A DNA stretch of 63,845 bases, filler included, from Hyphochytrium catenoides (Eukaryota > Protista > Hyphochytriomycota): assembly GCA_900088475.1 (NCBI GenBank). It is 8 parts of 8 records of this genome, joined end to end, with 100 filler letters (N's around TTAATTAATTAA, not from the genome) between each part and the next. Parts side by side here need not be neighbours in the genome. Positions count along the whole stretch, not along the records: positions 33,423 to 44,536 come from FLMG01002949.1; positions 44,637 to 55,040 come from FLMG01003915.1; 6 more parts are not named here. One strand, 5' to 3'. A program made the position numbers and the translations under genes. How positions within the stretch are numbered: the stretch's first letter is position 1; every line of letters starts with the position of its first letter. Below the pieces are notes generated by a model. The model ran no database searches. It saw nothing but the letters and a program-made list of their open reading frames with translations, and had not been told where the DNA came from. Of this stretch, positions 37,671 through 50,199 are shown one piece after another.

Positions 37671-39238
37671 TTAGTTGCTGACAACTCCTATGCTGGTAGT
37701 AGAAGGCGCCACAACTGTCAACTTCTTTGTTGATATTGGGCCTCCTGCTGCGGCGACTCTCTTTCTTGCCTTCTGCTGGAAGCGAACGAAGGGATCCACC
37801 AGCATCTTGAAGACTTCTGCTTCCATCTTCGGAGAGAATGGAAGGGGAGAAGAAGAGAGAGAGGTGGAGAGAAAGGAAAGAAGAAGAAGTAGAGGAAAGA
37901 AGGGGATCGAAGAACAAAGAGAGAGCAAGACGCCGTTATGTTGAGGCCAAGGAACAAGAGAGGAGAGACGAAAAAACAACGATGAGGAGACAAGACGAAG
38001 AGGGTCAAGAAATAAGGAAACAGCAGCGGCGAAAAGAGATTCGGGGTGATGACAAGAGCAGAGGTGTCCTCTCTCTCTTCTCCCCACGTAGTGCGTCCTG
38101 CGTGGTCTCCCTAGTCTGACTTTCTTCCGTCGTTTCTCTTCTTTCAGTTGCATCTCCTCAGTCTGTTTCTCTCCTTATGCCACCTACCCCTTCAACCTCT
38201 CTCGTACCATCTATTCAAAGTATGCCCTCTCTCTCTTCCTCTTTCTCTCTGTCTTTCTCTCTCTGTCTTTCTCGCTCTCTTTCTCTCACCTTGTCAAAGA
38301 TAGTGGTGGGCAGGGTTCCATCCTTGCTCTCTGCGATGGCTGTCCTCACTGTGAACAGCGTCTCATTGCGCGCTCCCGCGCTGACGTTGATCTGAAAGGC
38401 CGCGCCCTCCTTCACATAAACCTCGCACGTCTTCTGCACAAAGTCTATGGCTTGGCCAGGCTCATGCGCGATGTCCCGCTTGTAAAGGACCAGCTGCATG
38501 ATAAACAGCATATTCTCCACCGCGAACTCACGGACTGAGTGGACGGAACGAGGATAGAGAAGAGAGAGAAAGAGAGGAGAGAGAAAATAAAGAGAGGCAC
38601 ATAGAGACACAGACAAACAGACAGTGGGAGAAGAAGATAGAGAGTGAGATAAGAGACCTAAAGACAAAAGGGAGAGAAAGAGACCTAAAAAAAGTATGCA
38701 AATAGAAGAGATAGTGTGTGACAGTGGCGAGAAAGACAGAGAGAGAGAGAGAGAGATCCAGGAACCGCTTTGAAAAAAAGAAAAGAAGAGCGACGAAGCA
38801 ACGGCGAGGAAGAAAGAAAAAGCGCTGGGAAGGCGTGAGACTTCTGAGAGAAGAAAGAAACGCACCGAGATAGCTTTTGAACATTTCCTGCAGCGGAGGG
38901 CTGGCCCAGAGAAGTTCCTTGAGCTCCGTGGCACTGTTTATCTTCGAGAGAGGAACCTCGACCACGGTGTTTCCTTCTCTTTCTTCTTCTTCTTCTTCTT
39001 CTCTCCGGCTTGCGCCACTCTGCACCGAGCTGGTAGTTACCATCATTGAATAAGTGGCAGAGCCTCGTTTGTGTGCCATAATATGGGCGGCCCCTGTGAT
39101 CTTCAGTGGTAGATTGTACAGATAATTGGTAACAAACACCATGGCGAAGATAAGCTGGGAGACTGCTGCGAGGTCGTAGTAGAGCGGAGCCTGGGAGAGG
39201 AGCCGCGGGGTAAACTGAGGAGAGAGAGGTAGAGAGAG

Positions 39239-39269
<31 letters not shown>

Positions 39270-39867
39270 GAGAGAGAGAGAAGAGAGAGAGAGAGAGAGC
39301 AAGCAAAGAGGAAGAATTGCAGCGAAAGGAAGAGAAGTAGTAGAGGAATAGTTTGTACAAAAAAGAGGGAAATGTTAGTCGTTCAATGAGGCGAGATTCG
39401 AAAGAAAGAGAGAGAGAGAGATCAGAAAAGACTGTCTGCTCCGAAGAAGGAGAGCTAGGACAGCTGCAGTACAGTCGGACGGCATATGAAGAAGAAGGAG
39501 GGACCGAACGTAAGGAGGCAATGCTAACAGCGGGGAAGAACGCAAGAGAAAGACAGAGAAGAGCGCGAGAAGAGAGATGACGAGAGAGAAGAGAAGAGAG
39601 AAGAAGAAAAGAAGAGACAAAAATAACGGGAAGAGAAGAGACGCCCTCGAGCTTTAGTTCTGAATATTATGGCTCTTTATGTGCGGTATGAGGGAATGTA
39701 AAGCGGCTCTAACCTGTTTGATCCAGAATGGGAGCTCGTTGAAGATGAAAACTCGCTTGTTGAGTCCAAGGATCTTTGTATAGAGAGAGCGATAGGGGTA
39801 GGACTCTTTCACCTAAGANNNNNNNNNNNNNNNNNNNNNNNNNNNNNNNNNNNNNNNNNNNNNNNNN

Positions 39868-39898
<31 letters not shown>

Positions 39899-40842
39899 AT
39901 TGTCGGAGACGTTGAATGAGAAGAGTAAGGATGCAGAGGAAACGAATCACGGAGGCTGAGGACGAGACAAAGAGAGGGCGACAGAGAGGTAACTAGAGAA
40001 GGAGAGGAAGAGCGCAGGAAGAGTAAAGAGAGAGTATTGAGTTTCTCCCATCTAACCAAGAGAGAGACAGAGAACATTAAAGGAAAGAGTGACCTCATCG
40101 TCAAGGACAGATAGAGTAAAGGAGAGCAAATAAGGTGAAGGGGATAACGCTAAAGAATAGAGCAAAGTAAGAGAAAGAAAGAGAGGGAGAGAGATTGGTG
40201 GAAATAGTAAGCATAGGTAAGACCCATAGAAAGAGACGTCTTTCACGTGAGAAAGACAAGAGAGAGAGAGTGCGGGCAAACCCTCTCTCTATCTCTGATT
40301 GCTTACCTCTTTCACGAGGTCCGACACTTTCTTCATGAGAGAAAGATTGAAGTAAGAGTTCAGGATCTTGGAGACAAACTGTCGGAAGANNNNNNNNNNN
40401 NNNNNNNNNNNNNNNNNNNNNNNNNNNNNNNNNNNNNNNNNNNNNNNNNNNNTCGAAAGAAACCAGCGGAAGAAACAGCAAGGGAGAGGGAAGAGAGAGT
40501 AACGACCGGAGCAGGGAAAAGGTGAAAGAAGAAAGCACTTAGTTTTACACTTCAGCAGAACTCTCTTCTCCCTCTTCTCCCTCTCACCTTCCTCTTTCTG
40601 TCTCTCCCTTTGCTTTTTCTTTCTTCAGCTGCTTTTCTCTCTATGTCTCCCACTCTGACGCCTCTATTATAAGTGCTGCCACGCACCAGACTTGGCCTCT
40701 TACTCTACATAGCCAATTCTTCCCTCCTCTCGCTCACTCTTTTCTTCTCTCTCTCTCTCCTTCCCCCACATATCCTCTCTCCTTTCCCTCTCTCTCTCTC
40801 TCTTCATTGCTCCTTTCACACTGATCATGGGTCTCTCTCTCC

Positions 40843-40881
<39 letters not shown>

Positions 40882-42311
40882 CTCCTCTCTCCTTTCCCTC
40901 TCTCTCTCTCTGTCTCTCTCTCTCTGTCTCTCTCTCTGTCTCTCTCTCTCTGTCTCTCTTTCTCTGTCTCTCTCTCTCTCTGAGAGTGCTGACCTGTCCG
41001 GTGGTGAAAGAGGAGCATCTTGGGTCGCTAACTGGTAGATTTATATACTGAGGCTGCTGCAGAAACCGCGTCAGCATCGCCGAACTGCCCAGCACGCCAG
41101 CCACGACCAGTACCGAGACATCAAAGAGTGGACTTCTGTGAGGAGAGAGAGAGAGAGACAGAGAGAGAGAGAATGGGGGGCTCAGAGTTAGAACGAGAGG
41201 ACAAAAGGGAGGAAGAGAGAGAGACGGGAGAGAGAGAAGGGTGGGGGAGGACGAGAGAAAGAGAAGGGGGTAGGATAACGAAGAAAGAGAGAGAAAGCGG
41301 AAGGAGAGAGAAGGAAGAGAGAAAAGAAAGAGAGGAGGAGGAGGAGAAGGCGAAGAAGAGGAAAGAGGGAGAGAAGAAGAACAGAGAGAAAGTTGGCAAG
41401 TAAGAAAAATTAGCTGAAGGAGTAAATCAACCTCGAGCAAGAGTAAGAAGACAGCGAAAGGAAGGAGAGACAGAAGGAGAGAAAGCAACAGCCGAGGATG
41501 CAACCGAGAGAGAGAAGGAAAGAGATGCAGAGAAGAAAGAAACAGAGACAAAAGAAAGAGGGAAAGTAATGAAAGGAGGAAAGAAGAGGGAGAGAGAGCG
41601 ACGGAAAGAGAAACAGAGAGAACGATACACTGACACAAACAGGAAATGTGAAGCAGCAGGGAGAGATGAGCCAGAAAGAACGAGACCCAGAGAGAGAGAG
41701 AAACAAAGAGACAAGGCCCCTATAAATCAAAGAGAGGGAGGAGAGAGAGAGAGAAACAAAAGAGGAGAGAGACCTGAGAATGTCTTTGTTCTTCACAAAC
41801 CAGCTGCTCATGTTTCCCTTGGACATCGCGTCCTGCGCGTTATAGAGAATATAAAGGCGAAGAGTGATCGCAAAGCCGATTCCTGGTGGGAGAGGAAAGG
41901 AAGGTAAGAGAGAGAGAGCAAAAGGGGGAAGACAGGAGAGAGAAAGAGAGAGAGAGAGACGATAACGCGAGTGGAGAGTATTTCCAAAGAGAGAAAAGGA
42001 GAGAGAAGAGAGAGACGCGTAGCAGTGGAAGAAGGTATGCCAGCCAAAAGATTAGATAGCGGCAAAAGACTATGATTGCAATAGTCAGTAGAATTTTAGA
42101 GAATGTGAGGAGAGAGAGACGCAAAGAAGAGGAGAGAGAAACAGAGAGAGAGAGAGACAGACACATTCACAGTGGAGAGAGGAAGAGGCGCAGAGGGAAA
42201 GTCCCAGAGAAAGATAAAGAGAGCCTGACCAAGAGCGAAGGAGAGAGGTTTGAGGGGGTTGCAAGGGGAGGAACAAGAGAAAGAGAGAGACACGCAGACA
42301 AACAGAGAGAG

Positions 42312-42372
<61 letters not shown>

Positions 42373-43084
42373 TAAGAAAGGTAGGAGGAGAAGAATGTGA
42401 GAGAGAGAGAGAGAACAATAAAGAAGGACGGAGAGCAGAGAGAAAGATTGTTAGAGGAAGAGCGAGACCGACGAGAGAGAAAAACGGAGAGAGAGAGAGA
42501 GAGGTGGAAAGAGGAAGAGACGAAAAAAGTCATTCGCGTATGGGAACGCCACAGAAGACAACGGAGATGCATGGAAAAGAAGAGAAAAGAAAGAGACGAA
42601 GGACGGAGCAGATAATAGGCCAGTCAGAAGGGAAGCGCAAGCATCATAGGAAAAAAAGAGAAGAAAGAGGTGTATCAGGAGGAGAGAGAGACAAGCGGCA
42701 GCGATTCAGAGAGAAAGAAAAGGGAACGTATACCAAAAAAACAGAAGAGAAAAAGAGGAAGAGACAATTATCTAGGACAGTAAGTTAAGACATGATGATG
42801 TGACACAGAGAGACAGAGAGAGAGAGAACGAGAGAGAGAGAAAGAGAAGCTTCTGACCTGTAGATAAACAGTCGGTAAGCGAGAAAAAGAGAGAAAATGA
42901 GAAGGAAGAAGAAGTACAAGACAGAGAAGTAGAAAGCCCAGTCGCCCGAGGTATAAATGGGAAAGTTAGATACGCAGGGATTGGGCCAGAAAGAGGAAGT
43001 AGAGCAGTCCATTCCCTCAGGAGGGGGAGGAATGGAGGAAGAGGAGAGAGAAACAGGAGCTGTCGCTGGAGAGGAATCTGTCAT
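37671..43084 (-). CDS. Multi-pass (7TM-like) membrane protein with C-terminal RGS domain, paralog B
   Basis: Exons 43084-42858, ~41882-41774, ~41135-40995, ~40378-40307, 39773-39714, 39214-38866, 38534-38290, 37826-37671. RGS signature: LQEMFKSYL|VREFAVENMLFIMQLVLYKR...CEVYVKEGAAFQINVSAGARNE...IFDK|MEAEVFKMLVDPFVRF. Several upstream hydrophobic helices. Confidence 0.85.
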
Positions 43085-43094
43085 CTTCTCTCTC

Positions 43095-43125
<31 letters not shown>

Positions 43126-43700
43126 GTCTCTCTTGTATATGCTTCGGTCTCTTAGTCAAGGAAATGAGAGTTGACGTAGACAGAGTATGAAGGTAAGCAG
43201 GCTTTTCTAGGAGAGAGAAAGTAGATGAGAGAGAGCTATATATATTCAGCTCCTTGGCGGCCTGAGCAGAGAAAGTAGATCCTTTTCTCTTTCTCTTTTC
43301 TCCCTTCTCTCTTTCCCTTTCCTCTTTCTATCTCTTATGCCTCCCCCTGTCCTCCTCCTCCTCTATAGTCTTTCATTCACCTTTCTGCTCTTTCTGTTGA
43401 TCTTTGTCTCTCTCTTTCCTTTCCTCAGTCTCTTTTTGAATGTACTTGTTGGTCTCTTTTCTCTCTTCTCTCTCCTCCGGGCAATAATCTTCACCAGCAG
43501 AGCTCCAGCTTGGCCGCTCTGAATGAGAGAAGACACAGTGGACGAGGGAGAAAGGAAGAAATGGAGACAGAGAGAGAGAGAGGAAAAAAGAGAAGCGAGG
43601 CGGATGCAGTGATGCTAAGAGTAGCGGCAACAGCGAGGAGGAGGGACAGAGAGAGAGAAAGANNNNNNNNNNNNNNNNNNNNNNNNNNNNNNNNNNNNNN

Positions 43701-43731
<31 letters not shown>

Positions 43732-44636
43732 AAGGGGGACAGAAAAGGAAAGAAATAAGCAGCCGCATGAGGAACCAAACAGAGAGCACATGGGAAAGGA
43801 TGCAAAAAGACGAGCATGCACCAGAACAGAAGATAAAGCAAGAGAGAAGCGAGAAAGAAAGGAAAGAAAGGAAGAAAAAGAGGGAGGAGAGAGAGAGAGA
43901 GAGAGTCTGAACAGAAGAGACGGGAGGTGTGATGTAGGCGAGAGAGAGGGTTGGTTGCGGTCATGATGACGGACTACTAACTGTCTGGCCAGGTCTAGGC
44001 TGTAAGAAGAGACAGATATCGAAAGAGAGAGAGAGAGAGACATACAGACTGGGGCAAAAAGAGTCCCAGAGAGAGAGAGACAGAGAAAGAGAGAGAAAGA
44101 TAACGGACGAAAGCGGTGCCGAACGCATGACAGAGGTGGCCGATACTTTTTGAGGAAACGCGGACGAAGAGGATTCCGGAGAGGAGACGGAGAGAAAGAT
44201 GCAAAACGAGGAGGAGTTGGGACAAAGAGAGAGAGGGAGAGAGAGAGACGGACCGGGTAGGCGATAATGGTAGTAGAGAGAGAGAAGGAGAAGACCCGAT
44301 TTAAACGAGCGGGGGAGGGAGAAACAGAGGAGAGCTACTCCGTTCGTGCTTAGAGAGATGTAACGGATGGGTATACTGGAGCGGCGCCTAAGAAGAGAGA
44401 GGAACTGATGACGCGAGTAGGGGAGAAAGAGAGAGAAGAGGGAAGAGAATGAAAACGAGCGGAGGAGAGAGACAGAGAAGGGAGAGAAGAACAAGAGACA
44501 GACAGAGACGGGAGGCAGATCAAGAGCGGACGGAGGNNNNNNNNNNNNNNNNNNNNNNNNNNNNNNNNNNNNNNNNNNNNTTAATTAATTAANNNNNNNN
44601 NNNNNNNNNNNNNNNNNNNNNNNNNNNNNNNNNNNN

Positions 44637-47600
44637 TGGCAAGGCAGCAACATTCTTCTAGATGAGGCTTAGTAGGCTGTGGCGCCAGATCTTCCGTGCG
44701 TCTTTCCTGCCTCCTCTTCCATTCCTCCCCTTTCATAGAACTAGTCTATCAGACCTACTGTTGCACTCTGAACAGTTGATTCTCGGATTCTTCCCTCTTC
44801 CCACCACATCTGTCACCTCTTACCTGTTCGCCATCGCCATCTTTCTCCTCTCTGATAGCACCCAGCACATTGCCAAGGCGAACGAGAAAGCCCAGAGTAG
44901 TTGCACGTAGCTGATGCAAGGCAGGGTCCAGCTTCGCATCAGAACCCTAAGAGAGGGAAAGGATGGTAGCATCGCAGACCGGAGAGAGAATGTCAGGCTG
45001 CTGCCAGACCGCCTAAGGCCGATACGGTGAATGTAGGAGTGCAAACATCACCGGCTCTCCACAACCTGAGAGATAGCTAGCCAGAGGTACACAAATTGAG
45101 GAAGCTGCCACAGACAAGAGAAAGTACCCATGGCGAGAAAAAATATTTTACAGTCTTCTTTCTCTCTCGATGGGTACAGCTCATGACGAACCTGGTGGAA
45201 GGACTGAGCACTGATGCCTCGAGCCTCTAAAAGACGCCGGCCGTCCTTGATAGAAAGTAAGAAGACAAAAGGGTAGATGAAGGAAATGTGTTGGATACAC
45301 TGTAGCCCCAGCCTCCCGTCTTAGGGGACGGGACATCATCAACAAAATAGCTCAAGCTCAGGGTCGTGTTCAGAAAGGAAGGGGCCGTACAAACACTTGC
45401 AACAGAAAGAAATCATGATAAAGTAAAGACTTTAGCACGTCACTTTATGAGCCAGAACTTAAGCAGAGGCAAGTGACGGGAGAGCATTGTCACAGGTGTA
45501 GGGGTTCATTGCACTACGATGCGGTAAGGACAGGGCGAATACGAATTGTAAGCCAGCAAAGTAGACACCTGTAACGCAAGGAGACAGAGAAATCCCTCGT
45601 GGACTCTTTGTCTAGCGTTCCATGGTCCAGAGCTGAAAGGTGCTACTGGTTCCGGTAGGGCTGAGGATGAGGATTGCCAGCGTCCTTCCTTGGGAGATGC
45701 TGACGGAGAAGGAGGAGAGTCTGTTGTCTCGTCTGGCTTGCCAATAGAAAGGATCGCTCGTGGCCTACATCAGAGGCTTAGCTGCAAGCACGCACCCCTT
45801 TGTCTGGCTGCACCTGCAATTGAATCCACCAGAAACCCTTGCAACTACTTATGTTCCTCTTGGCACCATTTTTGATAGACCCTGTCTCTACAGTGTCTCA
45901 TCGCAAAAGGAACCTCTGCCGCCTGAGGTATGATTTGCTACCTCCCTTACATCTTCCCCTGTTAGGAATCGTTGAGTCCTACCTGTCCACTTTGCTCTTC
46001 TCATGCTTGCCTAAAACCTGGTTGGTTGAGATCCAGTGCTTCACCTAGGTGGAAGCCATAGCAGTCGAAAGTAATATGAATGACATTGTCAAGTCAGAAG
46101 CGTAAGTGCTCAGTACCTTCTCTTGCTTCTCCTTTTCTTCATAATCCACAGTCTTCACATGTGTGAGCTGCCAGGATGGGAGCGGGACTGGAACGTTGGA
46201 GAAAGGTGCCACTCGTTTTGCGCGTTTCTTCAAACAGAAATATCATGTGTCGGAGTAAGATGACATAAACAAGGCACTCCGCTCCACTGTCTTCGAACTC
46301 TTTTATCTACATCTAGGGCCAACAAGTATCTCCAGAGCCTATTCCATGCCTAAACCCGTCTCTCTTGCGGAACTCTGGGCCTATAGCACTTGAAGGTCAT
46401 CACCATACCAGACCTCACTCTCTCACTCTAGCGCTCGTCTGTTCTTCTCCTGTGTCTTCTCTTCCTTGTCATTACCTCTCTCTCTCTCTTCCCTTTCCCC
46501 TTTTTTCTTTCTGAAAAGCATACAGCCAAGGTACCTGCGCCATCATGTGGCAGTAATAGTCATCACTGAAAGGATCTGAGAGGTTGACTTGTTTGAGCTG
46601 CTGCTGCACCACGAATTGAATATCGCGTTCGGTCATCATCTGGAAACGTGGCGGAGGCGGCGGAGGGCGGAAAAATTGACCCGGGTAGGGCCCACGCGGT
46701 GGTCCTGCGGATGGAAAGGGCAACCAGGGGTTATCTCAGGGGCGACGCAGAATCATTCGCATAGTAAAACGAAGAATGAGGCACTTGGAAGGCTCAATAG
46801 GACGAAGGTCCATGATTGGCTCAATGCAATGTTAAGGACAAGACAGCTGACTGTTTATGCAATGAAGAGGCAGTAGGTTATTTTCAGAGGAACCAATACA
46901 CATTCCGACTCAGCACAAAGAAGGGTCTACACGGGCCGCATCCAGAAGTACTACGGACCTCGGGGCGCAAAAGGCATGCGAGGATAGGGCATTGGACCTG
47001 GGCATTTCAACCGGAAAAGTAGAGACCCCATTAGCACTGAAGAGGGGACGATGTGCCAGTAATAAGGACTAAAGCAAGACGAGCCAAGAACGTCCATGCA
47101 AGCTGAGGACTACTCAGAACTATGAGGTTAGAGAGACCAACCGTGTCCGGGTCCAGGTGGTGGAAACGGCATCCCTCTAGGATAGGGGAATGGCGGCCTG
47201 AACCCCCGTGGTGGGGGTGGAAGAAGTCCACCAGGTCCCACGCCAGGCGGCGGGGCTCCTATAGAGGTAAGTCTCTACATTATTCTTCGATGGCCAAATT
47301 ATAGGACACTAATCACAAGACAGGAAGTGGAATAAACAAGGCTACTTGCTGGGCGAGGGACGGTACACAAAGCGTTGAGGAAGTGGAGGCCGGAGAAAGA
47401 GGTTGAGAGAGACCCCCCCTGTCACGGTAGACGATTTCATTGTATCGCACCTCGTAAATGGTGAGCATATGGTGGGTAAGGTGGTCCACGTGGCGCGTTT
47501 GGCTGCTCGTGTCTGCGATGTCCGGGATACTGTATGTGCTGATTAGGACAAGAGAGTAGGGATAAGGAGGTATAGGTGAGCGGTGTCTAACGGTTTTTAG

Positions 47601-49945
47601 AAAACGCAATTGGGTATCCCGTAGCGCCACGTTGGATGGCTCTCTCGGACCTGTTGTTGCCCTGGGTGAAGAGTCTGAGGTCCTTGAGGTTCTGACCGGG
47701 CCGCAGCCTTGGTCAACATCCTAACAAAGGAAGAAAAAGCAAGTGAATGGTGAAGTGGGGCTTTCAGGTGGGAAGTCTAGGCAGTCTGCAAGTACTTGAG
47801 GGCACGGATGTCCAGAAAGGAGATAGACGGAAAAGTTCAATACCGTGCTTCAAGGTCTTCGACAGTCATCATCTTTGGTGCAGCCGATCTAGGGGTAGGA
47901 GCCGTTGCACGTTGGATGCCGTGTGCTGGGCTGCCTCCCTTAGGGGTATTAGCAGCTAAATCAAGGGACACCATACGACAGACGAGCAGAGGACACACAG
48001 AGAACGTTTAATGACTTGTGGTGTTAAACTTCCCCGATCGGGGCTAGGGCGGTTAGAGGCATCGTTCAATCCCCCAATCTTGCCTTCTGTTACCCTTGGT
48101 CTTACCGATGGATTCGTCGTCGTCCAGCCTCAGGCCATACACAAGATCACTCTCGCTGATGTCGAAGATTGAGCTTGTCTCGCTCTCCAGATCAAATCTT
48201 TTGGAAAAAAAAGGGTCAACAACGACAAACCAGCAAGACGAGAAGCGGGCGGGAAGTTATAATAGAATAGAATGCAAATACTGCCATATGTATGCTTTTC
48301 AATAGCCCTGTCCCATCGCAACCCCATGTTATCCTCACCCAAGATTGGTGTCAGAGGCTTCATAGCCCGCTAGTCCCAAGCCCAACCCCATGCCACTGAA
48401 GCTTGTCGACCATCCTGTTTAATGCGTAAAGAGAGGATCCAATTCCCACCAGGAACCACATAAGCCAATAGAGCGTGATCAGAAATAGAAGAGAGCGGCT
48501 GGTAGCATTGACCAAAGTCTGGATGTTCCGTCTAGACAGCATTTTATGGGTGAAGAGTGGAGAGCAGCAGATGGAGCTCAGGAAAAGCGGGCAAAGTGAG
48601 GGCGACAAAACTGCGAGGCCAATCGATGGGCCAGGCTCTTGGCGAGATGTTTCAAAAAGACGACAAGCGCAAAATAGCAAAAAGACGGGAGCAACAGAGG
48701 AGTAGAGGACAAGCGGAGACACCTGCGCCTCCTTTAGAGCTAATATACTGCTGCTGCAGCTTCCCTAGCTGCTCCTGGTTACGAGTCCATTCATCGTCCA
48801 GCTCGCTGGTGAAGCCTGGAGGAGCAGACACTCCGCCCATGGAGCCTCCACCAAAGCCTGGCGGAGGGGCAGACGGCTTTGTACCTTCCCACCAGAGAGA
48901 CGAAGTCAAACGCCGACATATGAGAATCAAGGGAAATGGCACTTGAGGTGGAGGGGCTAGCGTTAACTCATCGGAATAGGTTCCACTTCAATGACATGGA
49001 GAGGTTGAATCCTAAAGAGCAAATGGCAGGCGCACTATCTCGACAACGCTGAGAAATAAGGAGAGGTGTGTCAAGCAAGAACATCTGGTTACCGGCGCCT
49101 TGAGAATTGAAAAAGGAAGGCAGGGATCCAAGGTCCGCGCCACTGGAAAAGAGAGAGAAAGAGAGAGAATGAGTGTGAGAGGCTGAAATGCTTTGGGCGC
49201 AAGCTACCAGAGAGCGCAATAGATCAAGGACAGAGGGCTCGGACGCAGGGAAGAACAAGAGAAACTAAGAAGTGTCCAGAGGCACATGTAATCTTCCAAG
49301 GCCGGCCCCTTAAACCCTAGCCCACTTTGCCCTTCCCTGGGCACGATTATTGCGTGTTTTGTCTGCATTTCCAACGTTGAACTCCAATGGAGAATGGTAA
49401 GAAAGCCAAGACTCTAGGTAATGAGCGAAGGACGCGGGATGCGACGAAGAGGAATCCTAAGAGAGCCAGAAGAGACACCACCTGGCATCGACACCAAAAG
49501 TCTCATCATTGGCTACATCCTCTGCTAGAATGTCGTGCGCCTTGAGATCCTCCAGAAGACTGGAGTACTTCTCATCACTCGGACCCTCTCCCGTGAAGAA
49601 GGCAGGGAGATTTGAGAAGTCAACCGGTCCCGAGCCTAGTGAGAGTGCGGGTCGTTCGAAGACGGGTCCCGCACGGAAGAAGTGGCGGGTTTAGAGGAAC
49701 GAAAATGCGGAAACAGGCGCGCGCAAACAGCTAAGAGTATAAAATATCAGTAGGAAGCGCTGCACGGAAGCGCTTAGCACAAGGACAGATCGTTCATGGT
49801 ACGCAATGGGAGGGAGAGGCTGGTGTTACCAAACGTGTCGCTGTCTTCCAACCCCTTCCCGCTCATCCTGCCAGGGGGCCCCACGATGGTTGGGGAGCGC
49901 GGGCTAACCTTGTGCTCAGTCTCTGTTCCAATGTCTCTTTTTATC
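44637..49945 (-). CDS. PAT1: Pat1 / PATL mRNA decapping activator (multi-exon; ends approximate)
   Basis: Spliced motifs in the expected order: DVANDETFG (N-terminal acidic), KMMTVEDLEAR, Pro-rich region, MMTERDIQFVVQQQLKQVNLSDPFSDDYY (conserved Pat1 core), WISTNQVLGKHEKSKVDR|PRAILSI, FSSGPWNARQRVHEGFLCLLAL. Confidence 0.85.
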
Positions 49946-50199
49946 TATCGAAAGCAAGCTATCCTACGCCGCTAGTCAGTCAAATGCTCTGATGCAAGCG
50001 CCTAACGCGAGAATGAGAACAGTTCGCCCTCGGCCTCGGCGATCCAGATCTGGGATTAACTAAGAGCAAGTTCTCTGTTGCTCCGCTGCTGCAGCTGATC
50101 AGGGAAGAGACCTGGCGCCGCTGGCCCTGTGAGTGCAGCTCCGTCTCAAGAAGTTCCTTCCTTCTCTCTCCCTCTGTCTGCCCTCTCCCCAGGTAAAGC

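Noticed and set aside
40700-42788. Long poly-RE / poly-SL ORFs (also 9145-9918, 61785-62446 and many others)
   Set aside because: Translations of (GA)n/(TC)n microsatellites, which lack stop codons. They lie mostly inside introns of real genes.
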